DNA of 60,622 nucleotides, counting the filler, from Circinaria calcarea (Eukaryota): NCBI GenBank assembly GCA_051942165.1. It is 3 parts of 3 records of this genome, joined end to end, with 100 filler letters (N's around TTAATTAATTAA, not from the genome) between each part and the next. Parts side by side here need not be neighbours in the genome. Positions count along the whole stretch, not along the records: positions 1 to 20,218 come from JAVECS010000183.1; positions 20,319 to 40,476 come from JAVECS010000184.1; 1 more part is not named here. One strand, given 5' to 3'. Shown piece after piece: positions 14,214 to 26,400 of the stretch (positions within the stretch are counted from its first letter, which is position 1; the number at the start of each line of letters is the position of its first letter). The position numbers and the translations under genes were made by a program. Under the pieces are notes generated by a model that saw only the letters and a list, made by a program, of their open reading frames with translations, ran no database searches and had not been told where the DNA came from.

Positions 14214-15537
14214 TCATTGAGGCATAACATCCTCCAATTTCATATCATCCTCTTCGTCAGAGCCAAGAGTATCCCTGATCTCGCCCACGTCAGAATGTCC
14301 ATCAAAAGTATAGCCTGTATCTGGCGCGTTCTCGTCTTTCGCCCGTTCGTAGGATTCGGCGTTGGCGTAGGAATTGAATTTGGATTCTGGCTTAAGCTGC
14401 CATGTCATTGCATGGGGACCTGTTCGTACTAATTGAGCGACCATCTCAAGCGTCTGCTTTAAGTACGCCTCAGGTTGATTGAGCTCCGCCTTGAGCGACT
14501 TGAGTGGCCAGTAGTTGTACCGAGTGAAGCAATCGTAGATCAGGTCTATAAGCTCGTTTTGGGGCATACGGGCAGCTTTGATCTCTTGTGTCTTCCCCCG
14601 TGATGGGCCAGTCGTTTTCTATAGCTTATCAGCAGTTTTACTTTTGAGGTTTGATTGGTCCATACAATGAAGCTGGTGAATGCAGGTGCATATAGTGTCG
14701 CTGGGTCCGGAAGCTTATTTGTTCCTGTCACAAACTGTGTTTCCTTTTTCGGCTTCAGGGCCTGACGCGCAATTTCGTCCATAACGCGGTGGTAATCATC
14801 GTTTTCCACAGGAAGACAGTTGATTTCTCTTTGCACTTGACCGATGATAGCGGTCTTCTCTGGACACACGAACCTCCTTTAGTCCCGATTCATGGCCTGT
14901 TCGGTCAAACTTACTAGGAATTGCCTTTCTGTAGTATGGCTCCCACTTTCTACTTTTGTCAAACCTGGAGGAAGCTTGCTTTGAACGATCTTGGAATTGA
15001 GGACGGGGGGCCACTTGAGATTGAGGCAGGGAAGCGTTATCGTGGTTTTGTCTCGGGTTCCCTTTCGTCCTGTTACTGTAGCCTGGTAAGTCCTTTTCAG
15101 AGAAAACATAAGTGTTCGTAGGACTCCGATTAGTGATTTGCAGGTTGTACTCCTTCGGGATAGCTTCATTAATGGGCACTTCCGGTGAAAGCAGCAAGCT
15201 CATCTACGAACTCAAGTTAGCGGGCAATTGTCATTCCGGGCTGGTACTGACCCACACGTTTTACATCACCGAGATGACCTTCCACTCTGACTGTTCCCAG
15301 CTGTACCTCTTGGTCGTCATCCATTTGTGACCAGGCTTTCCACAGAAATCTCGGTATCCTAATGAGATATACCCCATTCGCCGACTCCCCGAAGTCCAGG
15401 TCACCTGCATCTTCGTAGACATCTTCTTCCCAAGAGGATCCTTTGGGTAAAGCGGTGGACGAGTCGGGGTCGAGCTTGATTCGAGGGTGCCCACCAGGCT
15501 TGACCAGAGGAAACCCAGAGCCCGCGACCGTTTCCAT
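14214..15537 (-). CDS. TFG2: Transcription initiation factor IIF beta subunit (RAP30)
   Basis: Four exons with DVYEDAGDLDF, VYLIRIPRFLWKAW, IPKEYNL, YVFSEKDLPGY, and the C-terminal winged helix RMPQNELIDLIYDCF..YWPLKSLK..QPEAYLKQTL. Confidence 0.92.
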
Positions 15538-16094
15538 ACCGGATCGGATTGGGATCAGTAAGCTGAGCTGGCCCACTTTGCCAATTCGGTGTTAATCCTA
15601 CCTTAAGGGGAGTTTTTTTCGCCGCTGGATATCCGGTTAGGTTATGCTATGAAGATAGCGGAAGAGTCGCCCGCTAGATCGTGATAGCAAATGTAGATGA
15701 TGGACTGGCACGTTTCGGTTTGCAAGGATGTGTGGATGAGGGCTGATTGAGGCTTATATAGCTTGTCCGGATAAACAAGGGACGGGGCTTGACGGAAACG
15801 TCCGCGTGGAACACAGAGCTTAGATAACGCAGGTTTACTGTGTATATGGTTTGTGTACCCCGTACATCACTTGAGCGGGGAGCGCGAGGTACTACCATCC
15901 TCCACTAGATTCACCGCGAGATTGTTACATATGCATTATCCAACCTAGTATGTGAGATGCCTACAGAGCCGGATCACTATTGATACCTTGGAACCTGCAC
16001 GCTTTTACTCTCCTCTAAACCGAGTCCTGAAAAATATTGTTGATTATGTCCGTTTCCAAATTGGCGTAAGCAAAGCAACGATGTGCCAAGGCTA

Positions 16095-17472
16095 ATGGAC
16101 TCATACTATAGGGGCCAGCACGATTCGTCCTCGCTGAGGCTCTCACAACGATCCAATGGCTTGGCTTTCAGCCAGCATCATTTCCTCTCCTCGAGCTATG
16201 GCGCTGCTCGGTCCACAAGAGCGGCCAGGAAGCCCCAGCCGCCTGCCCTCCGACCAAGAACCAGTAATCCTTGTGCAGCATCTCGCGCATCACATCAAGA
16301 AGAAAATGATTCATTCGAGGTCATTGATGAGAACAGCGGTAATGCTGTCACGCTCCACAAGGTGGCCTCCTTAATACCAACTTCTGTCCGACATTCACCA
16401 AGTACCAAGGGTGAAACCAAAGTACTTTGTTCCGCTAGCTCCTTCCGGCGGCCCATATCCTCAGCTGCTTCAATTCGGTCCTTCTCGTCGTTGAGCTCCC
16501 GAAAAAGAAAGATCACCCCAATAGATACCCTTGACACCCTTCCCTCTGAGATCCAAGACCTCATCTTTGCCATTTTACCCCAAAGGACGTTGCATGACTT
16601 GATGTTGACATCTACTTCTTTGGTTGAGGCTGCAGCTATTGCCTTGTATAGTAATCCGAAGTTCGCCACGACTTATCGCTTTGCTCAATTCGTCTCTACC
16701 GTCATCCATTCCCGACACTACGCGGAAATGGTCCGGACTTTCTGCCTAGCAGAATTTCGTCCGTCTTGCGAGCATGATCTTCCCTTGGCGGGTTGGAGGG
16801 AGTGGAAGTACAGGACAGAACCACTTTATTCAATTCAGCGGCCAGGAGAAGTGAACAATGGGCTTACGAGTACTAAGTGTGCGAGTAGACCTACCACTTC
16901 AAATCTAGATTTTTACAGCTCCCACCCCAAGTGCAGTACCTTCCTGAAAGAGTACAGCAATTATCAGGATATACCTGTTGGGGCTGTTATTCACGTACTA
17001 AAAGCATGCCTGAGAATCAGGTATGAGGCCCACATAATATATGAGTCGGCGGCTAAGTGTACACAGGGACGTCGATTTCTCAAATGTTACAATCTCCCCC
17101 GATTACGCGATCGACTCACCCTTGTACGTTCCAAGTTCCTTCACTTCACTCATTTTCGTATCAGACGTACCGAAGTCCTGGACTTGGAAAGGCGCAGATT
17201 TGAAACAGGTGTACACGGCCGATGTAGTACAGGGCCTCACATTACTTCCTCAACTCCGAAGCCTCCGCATCAAAAGCGCTTGCTGGCTGTTGTCTCGGGA
17301 TGTTGAAACGATTGTCCACCACTGTCCACGACTCGAGCTTGTTGATTTCCGTCAATCTGGAATGAAGCAGGATATGCATTGGGCTTGCAAAGGTCGGAAA
17401 GTCGAGATAGCGAAAACATTCGCTGTAGTCCAGGTTGCCGCTACAGTGCGGCCACAACTGCCTGCACTCTGA
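16095..17472 (+). CDS. F-box domain protein, 2 exons
   Basis: ATG 16095; F-box-like LDTLPSEIQDLIFAIL followed by LYSNPKFATTYRFAQFV and LAGWREWKYR. Intron 17021-17066; LRR-like C-terminal exon (LPQLRSLRI, CPRLELVDFR). Confidence 0.75.
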
Positions 17473-18301
17473 ATTTGGGCTCGTACAACAAAGTTGGACC
17501 GACCTTGCCGACTGTTGGTCACCTCAGTCACGCCCAGCGCCTAAAGAATAGGGAGTACTGGTTGCTGTGTCTCTATATACAAACATGTAGGAGACCAAAT
17601 ACGTCCTAAATCCGTTAAAAATAGAGTACTTAGGAAGCCATAACTACTGTTGAGGTTTCCTGTATTTTGGCATGATTCCCACGTGATGAAAGCCTCCGGC
17701 GCAACATTCAATCATTTCTATTCCAGACATGGACAGTCTCAAAGTTTGTGGTCGAGAATCGATTTAGATGAATTTTTGAAATGAAGATGCTGTGATCAAT
17801 ATGCCATAGCATAACTTCTGAATTTGCTAGGGTCTTCACGGGATTACACCTTGAAAGTTGAGGAATGTTATCTCCACCTCTGCCTGCCAAAACGAGAACT
17901 GATCACGTAGTCGTACAGGCATGCTGTGGCCAATGCTGACCAGACCGCAACGTTCGGGCGAGAATTGGCACCGCGGGTGGGCAAAAAAGTGGTTGATTGA
18001 GTTGCTCGTGTAATAAAGGCCCCTAGGATTGTGGTGAGCCTTGGATCCCGGGAGTTGCACTCCGGCAAGTAGATTAAATAACTAATCACTCTATTTATCA
18101 CCGGCGTGGCTACTACAAAGCATGCAAACCTGCACTATGTAGATATCTAGTGCAGCCAATCGATAATAACAATTCTTGTCACCATGGCTACCATCAGCGT
18201 CTCCCCAAGATACCTTAATTAGATGCAATCTACCTCAATCAACGTCTATTTTACATACCTTCGCTTGAGTCTCGTACACCGTGGAGCTACATAAGGTCAG
18301 C

Positions 18302-19558
18302 ATGACTTCTCCGTCAGTTGTGTCAGAGCTGGGGAAATTCGAAGATCAATCGACATCGCAACCAAGCAAGTCGTCCGGCTACATAACGCTTCTGAACCAA
18401 ATCATCTCTAATCCTCAGATTTCCCAACTCCCAGCTGAGCTCGCAGCATTCGTTGATTCAATACTAGGGGACAGTCTGGGCATAGTAACAGCAAGGCCAT
18501 TGCTGAGCGCCTATGTTGATGCTCTTCGGGGGTTCACCAGCGCCGAGGTTAAGATTGAGGCAGGTGAGCATGCACTGCAAGCCCTGCAATCGCGGGTTGT
18601 CTCATTCGAAGAACAAGACGCCTTGTTGAGAGAGATTGTGGCGGACGCATATCAGGAACAAGAGAACTACATCGAGGCCGCAAAGATACTACAGGGCATT
18701 CAGTTGGAGTCGTCTCAACGAAAGGTCTCGGACGTTCAAAAAGTCAAGATTTGGATTCGCATTTGTCGGTTGTACCTGGAAGTGGATGATACTACGAGCG
18801 CAGAAAGCTATCTAAATCGAGCGAAGAATCTACTTTACAAGATTGATGACAAAGAGCTCAACCTCATGTTCCAGCTTTCTCAGGCAAGGATTCTGGACGC
18901 GCGCCGCAAATTCCTGGATGCAAGTCAGGTATATCACAGCTTCAGCATGTCAACCGCGCTAGATGAAGAGGAACGATCACACGCTCTATCTTCTGCGATC
19001 ATCTGTGCCGTACTAGCACCAGCTGGACCTCAACGTTCCCGAGCTTTGGGCAAGCTGTTCAAGGATGAGAGAACCAATCAGCTCGAAGAATTTGGCATTC
19101 TGGAGAAGATGTTCTTCGATCGACTGATTTCCCCAGGCGAAGTTGACAAGTTTTCCGGAAAACTTGCCTCTCATCAGCTTGCACAGACTGCTGATGGCTC
19201 GACGGTACTGGCAAAGGCTGTGACGGAGCATAATTTACTTGGGGCCTCCAGACTTTATAACAACATTGGGATTGACGAGCTGGGGTCATTACTTGGCCTA
19301 GATGCCGACAGAGCGGAAGGATATGCAGCTCGGATGTTGGAGCAAGGCCGCTTGGCTGGCAGGATTGATCAGATTAATAATGTGATCTTTTTCGAAGGTC
19401 GCGAGGGGACTGGCGGGAAGGTGACTGCAGGTGCAGTGGGGTTGCGAAAATGGGATGTCAGTGTGCAGGGGTTAACGGAAGAGGTTGAGCGAGTCACATC
19501 ATTTTTGCAATCGCAATACTCGATGCTTGATGGAGCTTTTAATTATTTAAATCAATAA
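18302..19558 (+). CDS. CSN4: COP9 signalosome subunit 4 (PCI domain)
   Basis: Single ORF with RVVSFEEQD, WIRICRLYLE, QARILDARRKFLDA, VLAPAGPQRSR, EHNLLGASRLYNNI and GRIDQI. The extreme C-terminus looks atypical (see findings). Confidence 0.93.
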   Translation: MTSPSVVSELGKFEDQSTSQPSKSSGYITLLNQIISNPQISQLPAELAAFVDSILGDSLGIVTARPLLSAYVDALRGFTSAEVKIEAGEHALQALQSRVVSFEEQDALLREIVADAYQEQENYIEAAKILQGIQLESSQRKVSDVQKVKIWIRICRLYLEVDDTTSAESYLNRAKNLLYKIDDKELNLMFQLSQARILDARRKFLDASQVYHSFSMSTALDEEERSHALSSAIICAVLAPAGPQRSRALGKLFKDERTNQLEEFGILEKMFFDRLISPGEVDKFSGKLASHQLAQTADGSTVLAKAVTEHNLLGASRLYNNIGIDELGSLLGLDADRAEGYAARMLEQGRLAGRIDQINNVIFFEGREGTGGKVTAGAVGLRKWDVSVQGLTEEVERVTSFLQSQYSMLDGAFNYLNQ

Positions 19559-19577
19559 AATAAAATCAGATCTTCCG

Positions 19578-19940
19578 TGTAAGGGCGCTGCAATCCTTGG
19601 GGCCTATTGAGGAATATGATAGGTCCCGATTAGTGATAGCACGGTTATATAAGGTGTAGTTGAACTATTGCCCTAAACTTAATATAAAAGGAATATATTG
19701 AATTTACTATGGTTCTATAAACATATTATTCTAACGAAAGACGAATAATCTATTTATATATTAATTATACTTCTTAATGATCCCACTACTCCTTAAGATC
19801 CCTAGGAGCCACCGGGAGCATAATACGTAACATGTTCTCACTGCTCCCTGCCAAGTCCTGGGAGCACCTGGGAGCGCTCGGCTCCCTAGTTCCTCCGTTC
19901 CGGCACTCAGCCTGCCAGGGTATGGCGTTGCGCCATAACA
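19578..19940. mobile_element. Solo LTR (363 bp) with 5-bp target-site duplication
   Basis: Begins TGTAAGGGCG and ends CGCCATAACA (TG..CA, 8/10 terminal inverted match). Flanked by TTCCG at 19573-19577 and 19941-19945. Confidence 0.75.
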
Positions 19941-19945
19941 TTCCG

Positions 19946-20218
19946 GCAAACGAAAAAAAAAATATTATTTTTATAAATAAATTTTAGATTTAATAATTTA
20001 TATAGAAATTCTTTACGAATAATATTATAATTTTATAAATAAATATAAAATTTCTATAAGGATTTTCTATAAATAATATAATAACTTCATAATAATAGTC
20101 GGTGAATTATAAAATAATAAATTTAATTAATTCGTATCAACGTATAAATTATTATTAAAAAAATTCGCGTAATATTTCGCGAGGAAAATTTTTCTCGTTA
20201 AATTAACACCTCGTGACC
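19946..20218. repeat. Very AT-rich, TpA-rich decayed repeat DNA (RIP-like)
   Basis: Abrupt switch from ~50% GC to runs of TA/AAT with no ORFs, continuing to the contig end. Confidence 0.55.
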
Positions 20219-20318
20219 NNNNNNNNNNNNNNNNNNNNNNNNNNNNNNNNNNNNNNNNNNNNTTAATTAATTAANNNNNNNNNNNNNNNNNNNNNNNNNN
20301 NNNNNNNNNNNNNNNNNN
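20219..20318. other. Artificial contig-joining spacer
   Basis: Exactly N44-TTAATTAATTAA-N44 (stops in all six frames); identical to the spacer at 40477-40576. Confidence 0.95.
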
Positions 20319-20412
20319 TAGCTCGACTGACTCTCCACCAGCCCCCAGACTTTTTCAGTTATCGCTGGTTTCATTATTCCTTCAGCCCAGCTCTTTCACC
20401 ATCCAGCCCATC

Positions 20413-23400
20413 ATGTGGAGTCGGATTACGGGCAAGTCACAGGTCAAAGGTGAGGATGCGCGCTCCCAGACATCTCGGCGCAAAGAAGAGGAGCGGCGCT
20501 CTGGACGGCATCGATCTGAATCCATGGTATCCTCTACTTCTGCCCGAAAGCCACCACGGGGTGACGACCGTGACCGTGGCTTCAATCCAATCTCCTCAAG
20601 CTTCTCCTCGACTTCACGGACCCCATACCCAGGAACCGCCGCAGCTTCAGTTGCTTCGAGTTACGCGACAGCTTCCAGCAACCAAGCTGACATCCCGATG
20701 GTGCCCCCAGACCTTGTAAGAAACTCCAGCCTTGCAGGTCGAATGCCCCGGGCAAACACCGCCTACGAGTTGCAGGATGGGGACGAAGACCAATATGGTA
20801 AAAGCAACCGACGGAGGGAGCGCTCCACAAATAGAGACCGCAACGCGGAAAAAGTTGAAAGTTCGAGAAGCCTTGATAGAGAAGGCGCAAAGCGAGAAAA
20901 AAGAGAAAAGAGAGACAAGAAATCCGAAAAAGATCGAGGGTTGAGGAGATCTGAGAGCGGCTACCAAGGGGATAAGGGTAAAACTAGGGCGCACTCCATG
21001 TCTGGAAGTTTCGGTGCTCAGGTTGGACGCTCAGATTTCACCCAGTTTCCTGGGCAATATGATGGGGGTATGCCAGGATTCCCAAGTGCGGCATCGCACC
21101 CTCAGCCAACCATGTCTGCTCATATTCAGGACCAATTCCCTGGCCAATTTCCAATAGAGTCCACGGCTCCGTATCGTCCGCCAGTGGCCGCTAGTGAAGG
21201 AGGCCTTGGCCTGGCAGCAGAATACTATGGCGATGCCGGAGAATCCGTCGCTCATCAACCTGGTGTACGACCCCAAGCGCCTTCGTTGATAGTCGGTGCC
21301 GAGCCTCATCTTCAACCTGCTTCGTCAATTGCTGCTCCACCTCCGGAACCTAGTGCATCGGGAGGAGTGGGGGCTGCAGCATCATTCTTTAGCGGCAATG
21401 ATGATTTCCAGTCCTTACCACCAGCACCACCATCGAAAGCTGGAAGTAAAACCCGCCCAATGAATTCCAACCAACCTGGTATGAACTCCGGACCATTTGC
21501 ATCGACCGGTAGTACTGCCTTAGGCTATGCAACGGGGTCCCATCACAAGACAACCAGCAGCCAAAGCACGATGAACCATTCTACTAGCTCAATGCAAAAA
21601 CCGACTTCAGATTTACCCCCAGGGTCCTCCTATCCCTCATCATCGGTGCCTACTACTAGCAGCTACCATTCCTCTTCCGCTCCAGTAATTCCAACCTTGG
21701 GCGCTGCAGTTGCGGGAGCCGCAGCGGGCTATGCGATAGGCAATCATTCATCATCCCACAATCAAGATCACATGACTTCTCATATAACTGGGAGCTCTTA
21801 TACTGGCAAGATCCCAACGGATCCGCAGCGTCCTCCGGCCCATGCTCAAAGTTCGCAAGGATCATTCCCTAATGGTGGTGAAACATTCACAGCAGGTAAG
21901 CCCCCGTCCTACTCATCTAACACTCCACTCTATGCAGCGGGTGCTGTAGGCGCTGCTGGGCTGGCTGCTGCTGCATATCATAATAAGTACCATACTTCAA
22001 CGCAAAGTTCACACACGACTCACCAGTACCCATCTGGTTCGATGGCACAAAAGCATCGACAACATGGGCCGTTAGACAAGTTCGTTGACTTCTGGAGAGA
22101 CCCATATGGTGTTGCTCGGTTCGAGGAATATACCGAATATATTGGCGTGTGTAAGTACTGCTTCGCGCCTGGATCATCACCACGGGATGCACCTCGTAAA
22201 CATCATTATCGCCGGCGAGGCTCTAATGAGCGATTTGGTAGTAGCATTCGTGTTGATAAAGATAGCCGTTACTGGTCATCTGACGGTGAGAGCCGGCGAA
22301 GAAAAGGAAAATCCTGGCTGGCGGCAGGACTTGCTGGTTACGGGTTGTCAAAGGTTGGCAAAAGTTTGTTTGCGGCCCACGACGATTATGAACATACGTA
22401 TAGTGTTCGATCTGGGCGTGTCAATGAGTCGAGGACCTCATTACGTGATCGTCATCACAGCTCCTCACCCGATCGAAGAAGCTACACTTCGCGGGGCGTT
22501 ACTAGGAGACCTTCTGCTGTTAGCTCTTCGCACAGGAATTACTCTCGAGAGCGGATAGAGACCGGAGTAACGAGCGATGGGAAGCTCCACAGGAAAGATC
22601 ATCATGGAAGTTCTTCCGGAGGATATAGCATAACGACCTACGATGCTAGACCTCGTTCCCGATCTCGATCTAGATCAAAGGGTAGGAGAAGTAGCCCGGC
22701 TAAAGCAGCACTCGGTGTAACTGTCGCATCATCAGTAATGGCGGTAAATCTTCGGAAACATAGTCATTCACCGAAGATGACTTCTACACGACCTACGCAG
22801 CAAAGGAAAGAAAATAGTCCAGAACTCAGATCTGTCCATAGCGTCAGAAACTCCCAAAGCAAGCATACCGATGACCAATTGCATCACTCACCAACCGCAT
22901 CGTATGTTGATATAAGGAGGTCTCGTCTGAGTCCTGAACCTGGTATTCTGGGTGGCTTCTTTAGCGCAGCATCGGAGAAGCCCCGCTATAGGCACAAAAA
23001 GAACAAGAAGAAGGGATTCTTCAGCTTTGGAAACTCGTCCTCCTCGTCAACCGACTTAGATCTCGCGTTTGGGTCAGGGGTTGATCATTTCCGAAACAAG
23101 AAGCAACCGAAAGCACGAGAAAAAAAGACCAATAGCAACAACAGCAACTCTGCATTGCTTGGACTTGGAGCCGCTGCAGCAGTTCTTGCCGCAAACGAGG
23201 CGCGCAAGAACAACAATAGCAAGCGTAAAGCTGACGTTGTTGCTGTCAAGAAAAGCAGGAGTGCCCATGGCCGCCGGTCTGAACAAAATTTAAAGGGTTC
23301 TCTGATATCGGGTCCTTCTGGAGTAGATGAAGATCTCTGGGAGTCTGCATCAGAGGACGACGACGCTTCTATAGATTACGCTTTGGCATACGGTGCACTG

Positions 23401-26400
23401 CACAGAGAAAGCCAAGAGTCTCTACGATCAGACTCTTCTGGTACAAGCAAATGGAATTGGCGGTGGGGCAGTAAGAAGAAAAGAGGGAATGTCTCGCCAC
23501 GCGAAAGCCAATCTGTACCATTTGTTGGCATGGCGGTACCTCTTGCAGGAGCGGCCCTAGCTGCTCGCCATGATCATCAAGAAACGGTTTCGACCAGCAC
23601 CAGCAGTCTCCCACCACTCCAGCATGTATACCCTATGCCGACGTCCGATCCTTCACACTTCGATGTGGTAAGGCAGAACTCGATGGGTTCGGATAATTGG
23701 CCAATCACGACATCACGACCAGCCCCAATACCTTTGCAACAGCCGCAACCCTTGCCTCTGGTATCGCCAGCGGTGTACACAACACCAGTGTCGTACGGCC
23801 ATTCTTATAGTGCACCGGATGGCCCTCCCGTCTTCTCTCAGGTGTCCCCCTCGTCAGTACTACATGCCCACCCTGCTACGTATAGAGACCAGTTGCCAGA
23901 GAATATCCCCGGCGGGTTTCCAATCATGGACTATCAGCCTGAGGCAAGATCCAATGAGCTTGTGTACAATGCAAAATCGAAACCACAAGAGTTCTCCCCA
24001 ACCTCGATATCGAATATCCCTAGTAAAGGTAAGCGCACGACTAATCGGGACGACAGTTCCGGTGTTCGGTTTGATCTTCCGGAGCAAAGAGAAGATACTG
24101 AACGTAGAGATCGAAAAGACATGGAACGGAAGGGTCAAGAAGACATGGAACATATGGCTCGGGAAGATATGGAACGTAGAGATCGAAAAGACAGAGAACG
24201 GAAGGATCGAAAAGACAGAGAACGGAAGGATCGAGAAGACAAGGAACGTAGGGACCAAGAAGCCAGGGAACGTAGGGACCAAGAAGCCAGGGAACGTAGG
24301 GACCAAGAAGCCAGGGAACATAGGGACCAAGAAGATAGGGAACATAAGGCTCGAAAAGATAAGGAACATAGGGATCAAGAAGCCAGGGACCAAGAAGCTA
24401 GGGAACATAGGGATCGAGAAGACAAGGAACGTAGGGATCGAGAAGACAGGGAAAATATAAACCGAGAAGATAGGGAACGTAGAGATCGAGGGCGCCAGAA
24501 AAGAGAAGAGGAAGATAAGAGACGGGAGAGTGAGCGGCGTGAGGCAGGGTACCAAGCAGAGGTTGACGAGCAGCGAAGACTTAAAAGAGTTGCAGATTTA
24601 ACGGCAGAAGAGATTGATCGAGACCTAGAATTACTAGAGAGGAAACCCCTTTCCTCGGAGCCAACCAACAGCAACCCTTGGCCTCTGCCAGCATTGGCTG
24701 GAGTTACTGATGCTGCAATTGGGCCTAGCATTGTCGATCGCCAGGCTGACAAGGCAACGAAACAAAGTGCCAATCGTGAGAAACAGCAACGGTGGGACAA
24801 CGATCAAGAACATGCGGATTCGGGAGAGGTCGATTACTCTTCTGGCTTGAGGTTTGAGCAAGAACTTCGTGCTAAACGAGAAGCCAAGATTGCTCGACAA
24901 GCAGCTGCGAGGATCAGACCGACCCCAGCTCCGGAGCATGAGAGCTACGCCGAATTCTTCGTTCCACCTGACTTGCACGCTGAAAAATCGCCTATTGGAC
25001 CTGACACCGAGAACGCGAGTTCCTTGGATCAGACTCCGCAAATCATCACTATTGAACCGGCCGCGTCTCGAGAAGTGAACGAGGAGATGGAGGAGAAAGA
25101 CTCACCGTTACCATTGTATTTACCGCAGATCAACATGATACTCCAATTGACCCAGCCAACCCCACCCGCTAGTTTTGCTGGCTCGGTTAGGACCTCCCCT
25201 ATGATGCGGGCCAATGATGGTCAAGAGTCCGATATTGAAGACAACCACAAACCTCGCACTAATTCTAGGGTAAGCTTTGGCGGTTCGGAACATGTTCCCG
25301 TTATCCCGCTGGACCATCATGGAGAATTCATCGAGCCGATCTCCCTTGAACATGATACTCAACATGAACAGGCACAAAGAGGGGTCGGGATCGACTCTGG
25401 AATTCCGATACATGAAGAAGTCATATCGATCGAGGTGCAGAGGGCAGATCATGTCCCTGGCGGATTTGACGATGATATCGATTTTGCAGCTACTGTCGCA
25501 GCTGGCCTGGAAGACACGGGCTTCGATCCTGCAATCGTTATCGATGATCCGAACTTCCGAAGGCGAGATTCGCCGCCGGAGACTGAGCAATTCGTCTTCC
25601 ACCAGTCTCCATTTTTCGAGACTGTACGTAGCACGGGCATAGACTCCCCGGGTACAGAAGGTGCACCCCCTGTAAGCGACTTCATTGTAGGGGAGCTGCC
25701 ACCTACCCCGAAGGAAGAAATAATGCCAGCAGCAACTGAGGGGATTGTAGACGAGAGTAGCGCACATATCAGCGCTGAAAAGAGGGAGGAGCAAGGAAAG
25801 AAGATTGTGGAGCATCAGAGTACTGAGGAGCTCGAAGATGCTACTAATGGCTTCGCGACGCCTTCTCGACAAGCTAAGGTATTCGGTGATCATCTTCAAC
25901 ACTCTGTGGAACAAGATTTACCGACTTTCAGCAAGAGGGGGCCAACTGATGACCTGGAAGCTTTCAATAAACCCAAAAGTTCAAAGCCGAAGAAGTCGAA
26001 GAAAGGAAGTACCAGATCTGATCCTGGAAGCTCTGGTGCCACACCTGTTCTGGAGACAAATAGAGATGACTTCTTTGATGTACCGGAGATACCAACCCCG
26101 ACGCCCCAGGGTATGCGTCCACAGAATCTACAAGACATAGCTATGGGTGTACCACTGCCCGATGAAGGTATGGACGATTTAGACCCGCTAGTTGTGAAAT
26201 CGGGAAAAGGAGCTAGCACCATATCATTAGAAGATCGTGACATGTACGATTTTGGTTCTGATGACGAAACAGACTCGATTGCAGCTTCAGCACCCATGCC
26301 TGGTAATTTCGAGGAGCCCAAGAGATCCAAGAAGAAGTCGAAGCGTAGGACATCCGAGTATGACGAAGTCGGTTCCTCATTCTCCTCACCCGCAGCATTC

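Noticed and set aside
20263..20274. TTAATTAATTAA as a biological palindrome (also at 40521-40532)
   Set aside because: Centred in identical N44 flanks; a six-frame-stop linker added during assembly.
23810..24800. Repetitive alternative-frame and antisense ORFs (216, 231, 141 aa)
   Set aside because: Shadows of the 24-bp coding repeat in leashin.
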